A stretch of 64,000 bases of DNA from Mobula hypostoma (taxonomy: Eukaryota). The position numbers and the translations under genes are program-made. Of the stretch, positions 21,390-35,459 are shown one piece after another. The notes beneath the pieces are model-generated. The model was not told the origin of the DNA. It saw nothing but the letters and a program-made list of their open reading frames with translations, and did not search any database. Numbering within the stretch: the stretch's first letter is position 1; each line of letters begins with the position of its first letter. The stretch is from NCBI RefSeq assembly GCF_963921235.1, contig NC_086107.1, positions 97,714,001 through 97,778,000 on the forward strand, written 5' to 3'.

Positions 21390-21780
21390 ACCCCATTGCC
21401 CCAACTCCCCACTGGGGTTTCTCCCCACTGATTCCCCCACACCCCATTGGTGCCTCTCCCCCACTGCGTCTCACTCCCCCTTGGAGTCTCTACCCCACTG
21501 ACTCCACTCCCTAATGGGGTCTCTTCCCCACTGCCCCACTCCCTGTGGGGTCTCTCTCCCACTACCCCATCGGGGTCTCTACCCCACTGACCACTCACTA
21601 CCCATTGGTGCCTCTCCCCCACTGCCTCTCACTCCCCAATGGAGTCTCTACCCCACTGACCCCCCCGACACCCCAATGGGGTCTCGTCACCACTGACCAC
21701 TCACTCCCCATTGGGGTCTCTCCCCCACTACCCCGTTCCCCATTGGGGTCTCTACCCCACTGACCACTCACTCCCCATCT
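21390..21780. repeat. ~35-bp C-rich minisatellite (CCCCATTGGGGTCTCTACCCCACTGACCACTCACT-like)
   Basis: About 11 diverged tandem units seen directly. Confidence 0.85.
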
Positions 21781-21940
21781 TGCACCTTATTGATTACCTG
21801 CACTATACTGTCTCTGCACTGTAACAATTTATTCTACAATCTGGTGTGGTTTCACCTTGTCTATCCCCCTCACTGCTGTGACTCTGTGTTCGAGAGATCT
21901 GTCTTGTGGCCGTCGGAGGACAGGTGTTAGATTTATGGAT

Positions 21941-23530
21941 TGAACATGTGAAAAGAAGGAAAAATCTTTTTCCTGAGGATGCAGAAAACGCCAAATGTCC
22001 GTCGACCCAGAATCAGAAAGGAAAAAATTAATCAAATTTGCAGATTTATTAGGTAAAGTCCGTAAAGGAGCCGAACGGTCCAAAGCTGGAGATAAACAGG
22101 TATTAAGATCTCCGCCCCAAATCAATGAAAACTCGTTCAAATTCGGAAACTGATCAAACAATGATTTATAAAATTCCGGACAATCCATATTAGGAGCATA
22201 AACATTAACCAAAACTACTTTTTTATTAAATAGTAAACCACTAACCAATAAAAATCTACCATTCGGATCAGAGATAATATCCTGTTGTATAAAAGTAACT
22301 GAGGAATCTATAAAAATAGAGACGCCTCGAATCTTAGCATTGGAGTTCGAATGAAATTGTTGTTCCTTCCAGAATTTGAAAAAACGTAGTCTGTCCCCCC
22401 TCCGTACATGGGTCTCTTGTAAAAATAAAATTTGTGCTTTAAGTCTCCGGAACACTTTAAAAACTTTTTTCCTTTTAATAGGATGATTAAGACCATTAGT
22501 ATTCCAGGAGACAAAATTAATAATAGACTCCATAAATCCTAAAGTCAACCCACAACAAGGAGGATTGACAATAGGCGCAACCCACAAACCCGGAGAGGAA
22601 ACAGAACATACAAAAGATACCGGGGAAAAGGACGCAACCAGTACTTCAATAATGTATATAGCCCAAAGAGAAACAAACTAAAACGTGAAGCCCCTCCCAC
22701 CACCCCCCACCCCAAGACCCCAAGGCAAAATCTAAAGCAGACCCGCCAGAAAGAAGCAAGCGCTAAAACTACCCCCATGACTTCCGGTATACGCTCCCTA
22801 AAAAAAAGGTATAAATATGAAAAGGATCAGCTAATTGTAAAACAGTAAAAAAATAAGTAAAAAAAAGTTAGCTCAATTAAAATACACACAGAACAGAACA
22901 AAAGCCGGAAAATATATATTAAAAAAAAACCACAATAAACCTCAAACTCATGAATAGACACAGCAACAAAAAAAATAGGATTATTAACATAAAGTGATTA
23001 TAAAAAGCAAAACAGAATAAAATTTTAAAAAAACTACAAAATTTAAGGCCGCACAGGAAATACGTAAGATGACAAAAGGGAAGTAACCACCCAGAATCCC
23101 CTGGGAAAAGAAAGAAATGACGCAGTTAAAAAGAAAGTTTAGCAGCCATATTAAGAAATCAAAAGTAAACTTTTCTGCCCAAATAGGGCACAGAAAAGTT
23201 AAAACCAACCAACTCACAGCCTCCGATCAACGGAGATAATTAAAAAAAGGCAATTAAGATGTTGAAGATGAAAGTTGATCCAGATAACTCTGGGCATCCG
23301 ATGGAGAATCAAAAAAACGAAGGGCTCCATCTAACATGCGAATCCTTAGACGTGCAGGGTACAGCAGCGCTGGTCTTAAATCCATCTTATAGAATTCCGA
23401 CATCACGGATCTGTAACGGACCCGTTGGTCCCAGATTGGTTTACTGAAATCTTCCACGAATCGGAACTTAAGATCCGAAAAATCAATGAAACCTTTAGAT
23501 CGAGCGAATCGAAACAGTCTCTCCTTATAA
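21941..23530 (-). mobile_element. L1-clade LINE internal fragment (ORF1 C-terminus, spacer, ORF2 endonuclease)
   Basis: ORF1 end EDFSK..LLYPARLRI..FFDSP (23254-23457); ORF2 from ATG 22533 with SWNTNGL, LQETH, NVYAPN, GGDLN, DIWR..HP; breaks after FFSHV. Confidence 0.9.
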
Positions 23531-25544
23531 TTTTGACCTGATTTTTTTGTGTGGGGAGGTGCTGCGTTCTTATTGCAGTGTGAGTGATTTAATTTGCCAG
23601 ATCTATAAGTTTTTTTTGTGCGTAGGGGTTTGGGGTCGGGATTTGATGTTCTCGCAGTTCACCCAATTGTTTGCCTGTGTGTGTGGGAGAAGGGGGTGTG
23701 GATTAATGCTCTTGTTGCGTGATGTAATTTGGGGCAATTTGTAAGTGCTTTTTTGTGTGTTGGGGGGGGGAGGTTGATGTTTTTCTTTGAATTCCCGTGG
23801 TTTTCTTTGTTTTGTGGCTATCTGGAGAAGACAATTCTCAAGGTTGTATACTGCATACATTCTTTGATAATAAATGAAGCTTTGACTCTTCTTTTCTTGA
23901 TCCTTGTACTACCTCGATACAACGTTGTAAGGAATTAATCTGCATGAACAGTATGCAAGACAAGATTTTCACTGTACGTTGGTACACGTGACAATTATTA
24001 ATTTACCATTTTTACTAAAACGGTCTAACCACTGACCAATAAGCCCTAAACCTACATGGTCTCCTTCTCCCAACCACTCCCAAGGTGTTAACCCACAAAG
24101 GCCCTTGTCTCCAAGCTCACCCCAAGCCTCTTCCAACAGCACAGCCCGAAAAGGACCACTCTTTCTCCCCAGCACTCCCTAAACCCATAAGACCACTTCT
24201 CCCTAAGTGTAACACCAGATCAGGTGGTTGTTGCGATAGATGTGGTTGGATGTGGCAATAGGAACTGAGGCAACAAGGAATAAGTCACCGCTATTCTTAC
24301 AGCTACGTATTTTTAGTGGTCAGTGAGTGCATCACGAGGTGTGAGACACATCTCCCTGGGTCCAGCAGAAAGTCCCAACCTCACCCTTCATCTCCACGGC
24401 TGATCTCACTGCCATGCACAAAGCTGAAGCCCAGCTCTGTTCTCCAACTGAACGTTGACTCCAGATATGGACAAGACCCTTGGCACAGGGGAGGGCTGAG
24501 GTCTACTGAAGCCGTGGTCCTCATCCCTTCTGGGTTTATCTGGAAGTATCACGGCTTGATATGGTAACAGCTCTGCATGTGACCACAAGAACTGCAGAGA
24601 GCCATGGACACCGCTCAGCACATGATGGGAAGCAGCCTCCCCTTTATGGAATCTGTCCACACGTCTCACTGCCTCAGTAAAGCCAACAACATAATCAAAG
24701 ACCCCACCCACCATGATGTTCTTTCTTCCTCCCTCTTCCATTGGGCAGGAGATACAAAAGCACCTACCACCAGGGTCACAGGCACTTCTTTCTTTCTGTT
24801 ATAAGCCTATTAGATGGGGCTCCCTGGTATGATAAAATGGACTCTTGATCTCACAATCTATCTCGTTATGATCTTGCACTTTATTGATTATCTGCACTGC
24901 ACTTTCTCTGTAGCTGTTATCCCTTCCCATCCTCTAATCAATCTGCTTTCAATCTACTCAATCTGCCCCACAACATTTGGGGGGGGGCGGGGGAGGATGC
25001 ATTGTTCTAAGGTGCTCCATGAGCGGCGTTCATAAACACAAGAGGTTCTGCAGGTGCTGGAAATCTGCAGCAACACAAAACGATGGAGGAAATTCAACAG
25101 GTCAGGCAACATCTATGGAGAGGGATAAATTGATGTTTCAGACCAAGACCCTTCACCAGGACTGGAAAGGAAGGGGGGCGGTAGGCCAGTGGGCACTGCG
25201 TCCCCCCTCCTTCCCCCTCACCTATCACCTTCCAGCTTGTACGTCTACCTTCTTATTCTGGCTTCTTCTCCCTTCCTTCCCAGTCCTGATTTCTTATGTA
25301 TTTTTACGAATGAAGTTTATTTTTAAAATGAAGAACCTCCTATGTTAATAAGACAATCTATCTTCTAAGCTCAGATGAGTACAGACCCAACCACCTCTAC
25401 CTTTCTTCATTAGAGAATCCTCTATTCCCAGGACATCCCAATGAACCTCCAGTGAACTGCCTCCCTACACTCATCTCTGGAACATCTGGAGCTACATCAA
25501 ATTCCTATTTATTGACTAAAGCTCTGCCTTCAGTACAATTCTAA

Positions 25545-27000
25545 AAGAGTAGTGGATTGTACCCAGACCATCATGGGTAAAGCCCTCCCAACCATTGAGC
25601 ACATCTACATGAAACATTATCATAGGAAACTAGCGTTGATCATCAGGGCCCCCCATCACCCAGACCAGGCTCTCTTCTCGCTGCTGCCATCAGGTAGAAG
25701 GTACAAGAGCCTCAGGACTCGCACCACCAAGTTCAGGAACATTTACTACCCCTAAACCATCAGGCTCTTGAACCAGAGGTGATAACTTCACTCAACTTCA
25801 CTCAACTTCACTTGCCCCATCACTGAAATGTTTCCACAACCAATGGACTCACTTTCAAGGACTCTTCATCTCATGTTCTTGATATTTATTTTTATCATGT
25901 TCTCTTTATTTATATTTGCATTTGCACAACTTGTTGTCTTCTGCACTCTGGTTGAGCACCTTAGTAGGACAGTCTTTCATTGATTCTGTTATAGTTACTA
26001 TTCTGTAGATTTGTTGAGTATGCCCACAAGCAAATGAAGCAAAGGGTTGTATATGGGGACATATATGTACTTCGATAATAAAATTTACTTTGAACTATCA
26101 TTCCAGATAAACTGATCCCCAAATTCCTGGACCTGGCATCAGCATTACCTTCTGCAACTGGATCCTTCGCTTTCTGACCAATAGACCATCAGTAAAGGTA
26201 GGCAGCAACACCTCCAACACAATTATCTCCAACATTGGTACCCCACAAGACAGTGTTCTCGGCCTTTGAATTTACTTCCCATCCACTCACTGTTCTGTTC
26301 CAGCTCCATTTACAAGTTCACAGACGATACCACTGTACCGGGCCAGATCTGAAATAAGCACAGGACAGAGTACCGGAAGGAGATAGAGAGCCAGTGGCAC
26401 AGTGTCGAGACAATATGTCTTACCCCAAAACAAGAGAGCTGGTCATTGACCAGGAAGTGAGGTGGAGCACATGCCCTTCTCCGTGTCAATGGTGCTGAGG
26501 TGGAGATGGTCGAGAACTCAAGATTCCTAGGTGTAGGGGCTGAGAGGGAAATGGATTAGCCATGATGAAATGGCGGAGTAGACTCGATGGGCCAAATGGC
26601 CTAATTTTGCTCGTACGTCTTCTGGTCTTATGGTGTAAACATAAGCAATTTGCTCTGATCCAGCCACCAGGACCAACAGCTGAGAAAGCACACCTGTGTC
26701 TCTGCTTCCTCAGAAGGCTAAGGAAATTCAATATTTTCCTACTGACCCGCGCCAGTTTTTGCAGATACCCTATAGAAAGCATCCTATTTTGATGTGCGAT
26801 GGCTTGGTATGGCAACTGCAAGGAACTTCACGGAGCCGTGGACACAACTCAGCTCACCACAGAAACCGGACTCCCCGCCGTGGGCTCTGTCCACATCTCC
26901 TACTGCTTCGGAAAAGCAGCCAGCATAATCAAAGACCCCCCCCCACTCACCCCAGACATTCTCTCTTCTCCCTCCTGCCACCTTCCGTCAGGCAGAAAAT
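25545..27000 (+). mobile_element. Cluster of Rex-Babar LINE fragments (younger 3' end 25545-26095 within an older copy)
   Basis: ALFSLLPSGRRYKSLRTRTTKFRN; FLRRLRKF; KAASIIKDP; Rex tail at ~26095. Confidence 0.75.
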
Positions 27001-27007
27001 CCAAAGC

Positions 27008-27008
<1 letters not shown>

Positions 27009-27058
<50 letters not shown>
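27009..27058. repeat. (CA)n microsatellite inside a Penelope terminal fragment
   Basis: Direct inspection. Confidence 0.95.
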
Positions 27059-27064
<6 letters not shown>

Positions 27065-28269
27065 CAGGAGGAGCTCAACAGGTCAGGTAGCAACTACAGA
27101 AATGAATAAGCAGTCGACGTTTTGGGCCGAGACTCTTCTTCAGGACTGGAAAGGAAGAAGGAAGACGGCAGAATGAAAAGGAGCTTGAAAGTGCACTACT
27201 GCCACGCTGAAGGACAGCTTTACAGACCTCTTATGTGATAAGCAGAAACGCTTTACCTCGCAGTCTACCTTGTTATGGTCCTTGCACCTTTTGGCCTATC
27301 CACACTGCACTTCCTGTGTTCTGTAACCGTAATACTACATTCTCCAGTCTGCTACTGCTTCTCCCTTGTACTACCTCAAAGTATTGTTGTTGTGAAACTA
27401 TCTGCCTGAATGGGATCAAAACCAAAGGTTTTCGCTGTGCCTCGGTACATGTGATAATTGTAAACCAATTACCAGTGCAGTGTAATGTATCTTGCTTTAA
27501 GTAACACGATTAAAGCTCTTTCCAGTGCTCTGGATCTGGTCTCACTGGAGCCCTGCAGTAACTTTTACACTTCAGCTCCTCTGAGCCAAAAGCCTGCATT
27601 CTATTAGCCTCCCCCTGACTCCCCGGAGACCCCATGGCCACCGGCAAGATGGCATCTGGTGCTTTGTGCACAAGGACCCACAAATCCCCACCGGCCTCAG
27701 CGTTTTGCCATCTTCCTCCATTTAAATCATGCTCTTTAATCATGTTTCCCTTCAAAGTGGACACTTTCACAGGTTCCCCCTTCATGTTGCACTTCCCTGA
27801 TGTTCGAAATGATCCACAGACATGACAAACATGAAGTATATGTGTTCTTGCTCTAAATCGCTCCAATCAGCCGCAGCTCACCACTGACCTCTGTGGAACC
27901 CCCTTCATCCTGTTTTGTTGCTTCCTCAAGTTCGTTCAATTGTCATTCATACATACAGATGTATTCAGCTACGCAAACAAGAGGAATTCTGCAGATGCTG
28001 GAAATTCAAGCAACACAGTTTATCAAAGTTGCTGGTGGAACGCAACTTACTAACTCTTCCTTCAGTTAGTCCTGACGAAGGGTCTCGGCCTGAAACGTTG
28101 ACTGTACCTCTTCCTAGAGATGCTACCTGGCCTGCTGCGTTCACCAGCAACTTTGATAAAGTCTGAAGATCAGCGGTACATGGGATGTTGTCCTGGAGCC
28201 ATGTTTCTGCAAGAGCAAACACACGGCAGTTCCTCATCTCACTCCAGGTCAGCCGCAGATGAAGGCAAT

Positions 28270-28560
28270 CTATTTATTTATTGCGATACAGTGCGGAGTT
28301 GGCCCTCCTGGCCCCTGAACCCACCCAGCCCAGCAATCCCCACAATTTAATCCAAGCCTAATCACGGGATAATTTACAATGACCAATTAACCTACCCACT
28401 AGTACGTCTTTGGACTGTGGGAGGAAACCGAAGCACCCGGAGGAAACACACGCAGTCACGGGGAGAACGTACAAACTCCTCACAGACAGTGGCGAGAAAT
28501 GAACCTGGGTCGCCTGCACTGCAAAGTGTTGCGCTAACCACTGCGCTCACCGTGCCGCCC
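28270..28560 (-). mobile_element. V-SINE (HE1-like), near complete
   Basis: Minus-strand head GGGCGGCACGGTGAGCGCAGTGGTTAGCG with B-box-like GGTTCATTTCT, V-domain and (AATA)n tail. Confidence 0.85.
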
Positions 28561-29432
28561 CAAACTAGCTTGTTTACGAGGGAGCGAGCACTGGAGGGCA
28601 GCGTCGACGGGAGGTCTGGTCTGCAGGGGCCAGCCCCCAACCCCAGCACGAATCCCAGAGTTGCTGCCATGCCTCCGTTCTCTCCCACACTGCCCCCGAC
28701 GCTTTCTCCCCTGGGTGGCTGTAACAGATGACATCACGGAGTGAGGGCCAGGTCCACGCAACAGCCGAGGCCGCACAGTTTCCCCCTCATCAGTCAACCA
28801 ATGAACCAGACAGGCAGTATTTTACATCGCCAGTGTCCAACAGGGTCAGAAAAAATGTTTCGGACACACAGCTGCACCATTTGTTGGACCAGGAGAAGCA
28901 GCCCCAACCAAGCGAGTCACCGTATTACCAGAAGGCCAGCCTGCTCATTAAACCAGACGGTTGCCCGCCTGCCAAGACCTTCCTGCTAGTTAGCCAGTTC
29001 TCCATTTATTTTAGTGCCTCTAACCACATGAATACTTACCTTGCAAAGTCATCTCCTGGGTAGATCCCTGTTAAATGCCTTTTGAAAATCTATCTCTCCT
29101 TCCCGAATATCTGCTCTGACTGATACTTGGTAGATTAGTAAATTGGTTCATTATTGTCTCATGTACCAAGGTATAAAGCAAAGTTGTCTTGCTTACAAAT
29201 CATACAGATTATAACACTGCATTGAGATAGTACAAGGTAAAGGAATAGCAGAGTACAGTCACAGGGAAAGTGCAATGCAGGTAGACAATAATGTACAAGA
29301 TCATATCAGGTAGATTGTGAGGCCAATAGTCTATTCTTATTGTATAAGGGAACTGTTCAATAATGCTATAACAGTGGTCTAGAAGCTGTCCTTAAGCCTG
29401 ATGGTACATTCTTTCAGGATTTTGTATCTTCT

Positions 29433-30545
29433 ACAAACAAGAGAAAATCTGCAGATACTGGAAATCAAAGCAACACACACAAATGCTGGAGGAACTCAGC
29501 AGGTCAGGTAGAACGATGGAAAAGAGTAAACAGTCAACATTGTAGTCTGAGACCCTACATCACGACCGGACAAAAAGATGAGAAGTTAGAACAAGAAGGT
29601 GGGGGGGAGGAGGGGAAAACGTACAGGGGGTAGGTGATAGGTGAAACCAGGAGAAGGGGGAACGGTGAAGTAAAGAGCTGGGAAGTCATTTAGTGAAAGA
29701 GATGACAGGTCACAGAGGCCACAGTTTAAGAATAAGGGGTAGACAACTTAGAACGCAGTTGAGGAAAACTTTTTCACACAGAGGGTTGTAGTTCTGTGGA
29801 ATGCTCTGCCTCAGAAGGCAGTGGAGGCCAATTCTCTGGATTCTTTCAAAAAAAGAGTTAGATAGAGCTCTTAAAGATAGCGGAGTAAAGTGGGGAGAAG
29901 TCAGGAAAAGGGTACTGATTGTGGATGATCAGCCATGATCACAGTGAATGGTGGTGCTGGCTCGAAGGGCTGATTGGCCTACTCCTGCACCTATTGTTTA
30001 TAAAGGCTGGAGAAGGAGGAATCTAATAGGAGAGGACAGAAGGCTATGGAAGAAAGAAAAGGGAGAAGAGCGCCTGAGGGAGGTGATGGGCAGGTAAGGA
30101 GATAAGGTGAGAGAGAGAAATCGGAATGTGAAATGGTGAAGGGAGGTGGGGGGGGGGTGTGGTTTCAAGTCCGAGAAATCGATGTTCATGCCATCAGGTT
30201 GAAGCCCACCAAGGCAGAATATAAGGTGTTGCTCTTCCAACCTGAGTGTGGCCTCATTGCAGCAGTGGAGGAGGCCATGGACTGACATGTTGGAATGAGA
30301 ACGGGAAGTAGAATTAAAATAAGTGGCCACTGGGAGATCCTGCTTTTTCTGGCAGAGCATAGGTGCTCAGTGAACCGGTCTCCCAATTTACATCGGATCT
30401 CACCGAAATATAGGAGGCCACACCGAAATACGGTAGTTAACCCCAACAAACTCACAGGGAAGTGTCATCTCATCTGCAAGGACTTTTGGGGCCCTGAATG
30501 GTAGTGAGGGAGGAGGTGTAGAGGCAGATGTGGCACTTGCTCTGC
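29433..30545 (-). mobile_element. Penelope-like element 3' fragment with a CR1 3' end (29705-29997, +) inserted
   Basis: GIY-YIG region CGLLYFGEIRCKLGDRFTEHL..LPVATYFNS..RLEEQHLIFCLGGLQPDGMNIDFS; the insert has the CR1 3' stem-loop. Confidence 0.85.
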
Positions 30546-33174
30546 ATGTATCCTCTGCATGATGGGAGAGGGGAGAAGAGAACATGTCTGGGGTGGGTGG
30601 GATCTTCGACTATGCTGGCTGCTTAACTGAGGCAGTGAGAAATGTGGAAAGTGTCCACAGAGGAGATGCTGAATTCGGCGATGTTCTGAGCTGTGTCCAC
30701 AACTCCCTGAGATTTCTTGCGATTTCCATACCAAAGCCGTTACACCTCCAGGTAGGATGCTTTCTATTCTGCATTGATAAAAGTTGGTGAGGCTCAAAGG
30801 GGTCGTGGCAGATTTCTTTAGCCTCCTGAGGAAGTAGAGGAAATGGTGAGCTTTCTTGGCCATGGGTTCATGTGCTTGGTCCAGGACAAGCTACCGGTGA
30901 GATTCACTCTTGGGAACCTGAAACTTCAACCCTCACAAACTCAACTCCATTGATAAAAGAAACAGAAGCATGTGAACTGCTTCCCCTTCACCAGCTTTTT
31001 TATTCTGCAGACACTTAGGGAAAAGTTGTTATCACAAAACCACGCCACGGGGTTATCTCCTGCCAGATCATCATGATATGATGATACTTCCTCAAAGACC
31101 AATAAGCCTGTGAGACTTGCTATTCCCCTTCCTGAACTCAGTTAGTTTCCTCAGGTCTTACATTGGCAGATTTTGATCCTCCAGTCCCTCCCTAGAGTCT
31201 AGAGATTTTGAAAGATTCCACCTTCACTCTAACCACTTCAGGCTCATCACCATCCAACCTGTTAGTTCGCCTAATACTAATGCTCTGGTATGGAGACATT
31301 ATCAACTTTCTCCATACATTTTGTATACATTGAATTTTGCCCTTTTCTGCACTAGGGGTTCTGTTTGGGATCTGCATGGAGGCATGGTTTATTTCCGGTC
31401 GAAAGCCGCATCTATCGTGCTGGTCACCGATTGGTTCATCTGAAGATTGTGATGCTCTTTTCCCACTGGTTGGCCTGTGCACCACAGCACCTAGTGTCCA
31501 GTTTCAAACACCTTGGGTGTATAAAGAGTAACACGTAGCTATCTGGAGAAGGTGGATCTCAGAGATGTATACGGCATGCATATTTTGATAATAAATTAAG
31601 CTTTGAACCATGCTGCACAGAACCAGTGGGAAGATATGCTCCGCCCGCACTTTTTAACTAATTATCTGTCCGTTGAACGTTCAGATTTATAGTTTGAGTA
31701 ACTTGGTGGAACATTAAAAGTTTGTTCAAATTTTTTCTCTTTGTAAATAAATGATTAGTATAGTTATTTATAGTCAGTGTTTTCAGTCCTGCTCTCCAGA
31801 CCCATGAAACTTCTTCCTCGTTACAGAGACTTACACACAGCTCCTATCACACTATGATCACCTTCAACCTAATCGACTCAGCATTGTCTAAACCTCTCGC
31901 AATTATACATCATCTTCCTTGTTATTGTCAGATCTACACCTCCATCTTTTCCTTCCCAATCATCCTTCTTAAAAGTCAATATTCCTGAGTACTGAGTTCT
32001 CACCTTTGCTTTCTTTGCAGCGCATCACTGACGCCAGCCTTCCCATTATCATATATCCAGAAAAGTGCCGGGAAAAGGCCAGCAATATCATGAAGGACCC
32101 TGCCCAATCTGCTTATGGACCGTTTGTCCCACTCCCATCAGGGAAGAGGCTACATGGTGTCCACGCCAGTACCACTAGACTTAAAAGTAGTTATTTCACC
32201 CAAGCTATCAGGACTGATCAACACCTTCACCCATTGGCCCATCCCACCACCACTACACACACACACACACCACCTAGCATGACTTTACATACATACAGTC
32301 TTCATCCATAACATTGTGTTTTGTAGGATGGCTTTCATATTTACAGAATATTTATGGTTTTTCTATTGTGTTTTCACTGTTTTTTGTGCTGGGGAGGGAG
32401 ATTCGTTGTTGCGTTTCGTGTGGGGAAGTGGGGCTGGGGGGGGCCAACTTTCTTGTTGCATTCTTGTTAGTTTTTTGTGTGGGGGGGGAGATTTGAGTGC
32501 TGATATTCTTGTCGCTTTTTTGTTAGATTTTTTTGTGCAAGGGAGTGGGGGTTTGGGGGTCGATGTTCTTGTTGTTATTCTGTTAGCTTTTTGTGCAGGG
32601 GGAGGGAGATTTGATGGGGATGATCGTGTTGGTGGGTATTGCTGTTTCTCTCTGAACTGACTTCCATGGCTTTCTTTGTCTCGTGGCTATCTGGAGAAGG
32701 TGAATCTCAGAGTTGTACACTGCATACATATTTTGATAATAAATAAATCTTTGAATCTTCATTGTGTTTCTTTTTTTTATTGTGTTCTTTATGCTCCTTG
32801 TGTGTTTTTTAATGCTGCTTCTGATCTGGAGTAAGAACCATTTTGTTCATTTTTACACTCGTGCACTGAAGGATACAATAAACAATCTTGAATCTTGACT
32901 CTTTGTAAACATGTCTCCGTAAATGGGAATGGAACACCCATCACCCAGGGAGTTTTTATTACCCTGTATAAAGAGCGACCCTGGACAGCTTCTCTTGCGA
33001 GCCGCCTTGCTCTGGACGACCTGTGATTCTGTACAGTTACACAGTGAATGTCCCTTCCTCTGGATCAGGTAGCGCTTCTGTAAAATTTTGCAGCAAGTTC
33101 CTCAACACTGAACTAAAGAAATGGCTCTGCAGTTAGGAAGTGTGCGACTCTTGCCCTTAATAAAGGCGCCACTT

Positions 33175-33440
33175 TAGCGTGGTGGTTAGTGCGACGCTAT
33201 TGCAGTTCGGGGCGTCAGGGTTCGAAGTTCAAATCTGACATCACCTGTAGGGAGTCTGTACATCCTCCCCATGGAATGTGTGGGTTTTCTCTGGGTCCTC
33301 CGGTTTTCTCACATAGTCCAAAGCTGTACTGGTCAGCAGGTTAACTGCTCGTTGTAGATTGTCCCATGATTAGGCTAGGGTTGAATCGGGGGTCACTGGG
33401 CAGCACTGCTTGAAGGGCTGGAAGGTCCTGTTCCTCATTG
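33175..33440 (+). mobile_element. V-SINE-like element
   Basis: TAGCGTGGTGGTTAG head, GGTTCGAAG B-box-like motif, V-domain. Confidence 0.7.
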
Positions 33441-33834
33441 AAACTATAAATGTAATAAAAATAAGCAGAAAACAATATCTTTATAAAATGGGTAACCCTT
33501 ACCCTCATAAAGCAATCTTTCTCCTCTACACTGTGAGTGATCCTGACTGTAAATGGACAATGATACCAGATTGAACCCTCCTTTCCAGGGTGAGAGTTGT
33601 ACTCTCAGACACAGGCCATTCGGCCCACAATGTCCATGCCAACTTTTTAGCCCACCTACTCTAATCCCATTTGCCTGTATAACCATATCTGTCTATGCCT
33701 TGCCCACTCAAGTGCTTGTGAAACATCCCCCAAATGTCATGATTACATCTAATTCCACCATCTCCTCTAGTAGCAAGTTCCAGATATTGACAACCCTGCA
33801 AAAGACTTTCACCTCAAATCCACTGCTCAATCTA

Positions 33835-34350
33835 CAGCCAGCATACTCCAGAAACAAAGTCACTTGAACCTCTATATGCAGAATATACCTGTGCTAGTGA
33901 ATATTCTGAAGCAGATCAGAGGATGGCCCTCATAATCAATGCCCATAAAATATATGTCTTCTACCTTACTTTGGGGTGGCAGGGTGGAGATATGTCTCTA
34001 ACAAAGAAGGTGTAAGGTGCTCCTTCCCTCTGCTAGCCTGCAGGTCACCCTTGGGCAAGGTGTAGCACCTGCTTAGCCCCCCCCCCTATGAAGGTGAAGC
34101 CTTCCCAGGTGGTGGATGGTCATATGAGGAGCTGGTGCATATCACAGGTCCTGGTTATGCGACCACTGACGCCAGGCAGACAACCTCCGAAGAGTATTGG
34201 TAATGGCTGGGGTCATCTGTCTTATAAAGACACTGCCCAGAAGAATGTCATGGATAACCACTTCTGTAGAAAAATTTGCCAAGAACAATCATGGTCATGG
34301 AAAGACCATGATTTCCCACATTGTACGATACAGCACATAACAAACAAATG
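33835..34350 (+). mobile_element. RTE-related SINE-like element, family B copy 2
   Basis: Colinear with 4088-4578. Confidence 0.6.
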
Positions 34351-35459
34351 ACCAAGTGGCCCCATTTCACGCAGACAACAGAGGCTCACAATAATACCCT
34401 GCAAAGATGGACCACTTCCCATCCCTCAAAGGTCACCTTCCAATGATAAAAGGCATTTTCACCATTACTTCCACCAACCCTCTTGGCTGAAGGAACTCAG
34501 CCGGTCCTGCAGCATCTATGGAGGGAAATGGGAAGACAACAGCTCAGGCTGAGCCCCTTCATTTGGCCTGTCCATTTCTCTCCATAGATGCTGCTTGACC
34601 TGCTGAGTTCCCTCGGTCCAGAAGAACCAGGAGCTCCCCAGTATGTATACCATATTCCAGCATATATACCCTCCTGTGCTGCCACATTCTCTCGTTAGCT
34701 GGGGACAAGGATACTGAGGATCAAGATTTTCATCTTGGCACAGATAACCTACTGGGAAGTAGTGATTCCTGCCCTCCCAAATGTTCCTGCATCTGCCCAG
34801 ACTAAATATTAATGGGGCACAGGAAAAGAATTATCTGTGTAGTTTGTACAAAATCCTCCACTTTCACTGTAAGGCCAAGCAAACCAATATCAGCGTCCTT
34901 GCTCTGGGCCAACACTGAGGCACTGGCTAACCCCACTTATCTATTTTGGGCAGATCAGGTCACATACCTGTCACTGGACTTCCAAACAGACAAGTGCAAT
35001 CTATTTTCCAACACAGGAAGGTTACCGGGAGGACTGATGGAAAGATTCCCGGATGTTCACAAAGCTTCTGTAAATATGCGTAGCAGCCCCACTGACCTGG
35101 GAATCCATGTGGAGGAGGGCCATCCAGGGGAGGGTTGTCAAGCCAATCCAACCCTTTGAGTTCAGGCAGAAGCAGCAGCCGAGAGCTCAGTGAGAACAGT
35201 AGAATGACTGGCCACTTCCCAGCTCTGTACTTCACCCAATCCCCCATCTCCTGGTTTCACCTATCACCTACCACCTTGTACTTCTTCCTCCCCTCCGCCC
35301 CAACTTCATTCTTTCCAGTCCTAATGAAGAGTCTCGGCCAGAAATGTCGACTGTTTACTCTCTCCCACTGGTGCTGCCTGGCCTGCTGAGTTGCTGCGAC
35401 ATTTTGTGTGTGTGTTGCTTTAAGTAGGGAAGTGCTTTGAGAGGTTGGTTATGGTGTGA

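Noticed and set aside
28490..28560. tRNA gene
   Set aside because: A/B-box-like motifs run into a V-SINE body; there is no complete cloverleaf.
29030..29110. Minus-strand micro-exon with a strong GTAAGT donor
   Set aside because: It translates as DFQKAFNR..RR*LCK, a CR1 RT remnant.
34755..34805. CPPKCSC LRR N-cap-like peptide
   Set aside because: Followed by a stop within a few codons; no LRR repeats or supporting splice structure.
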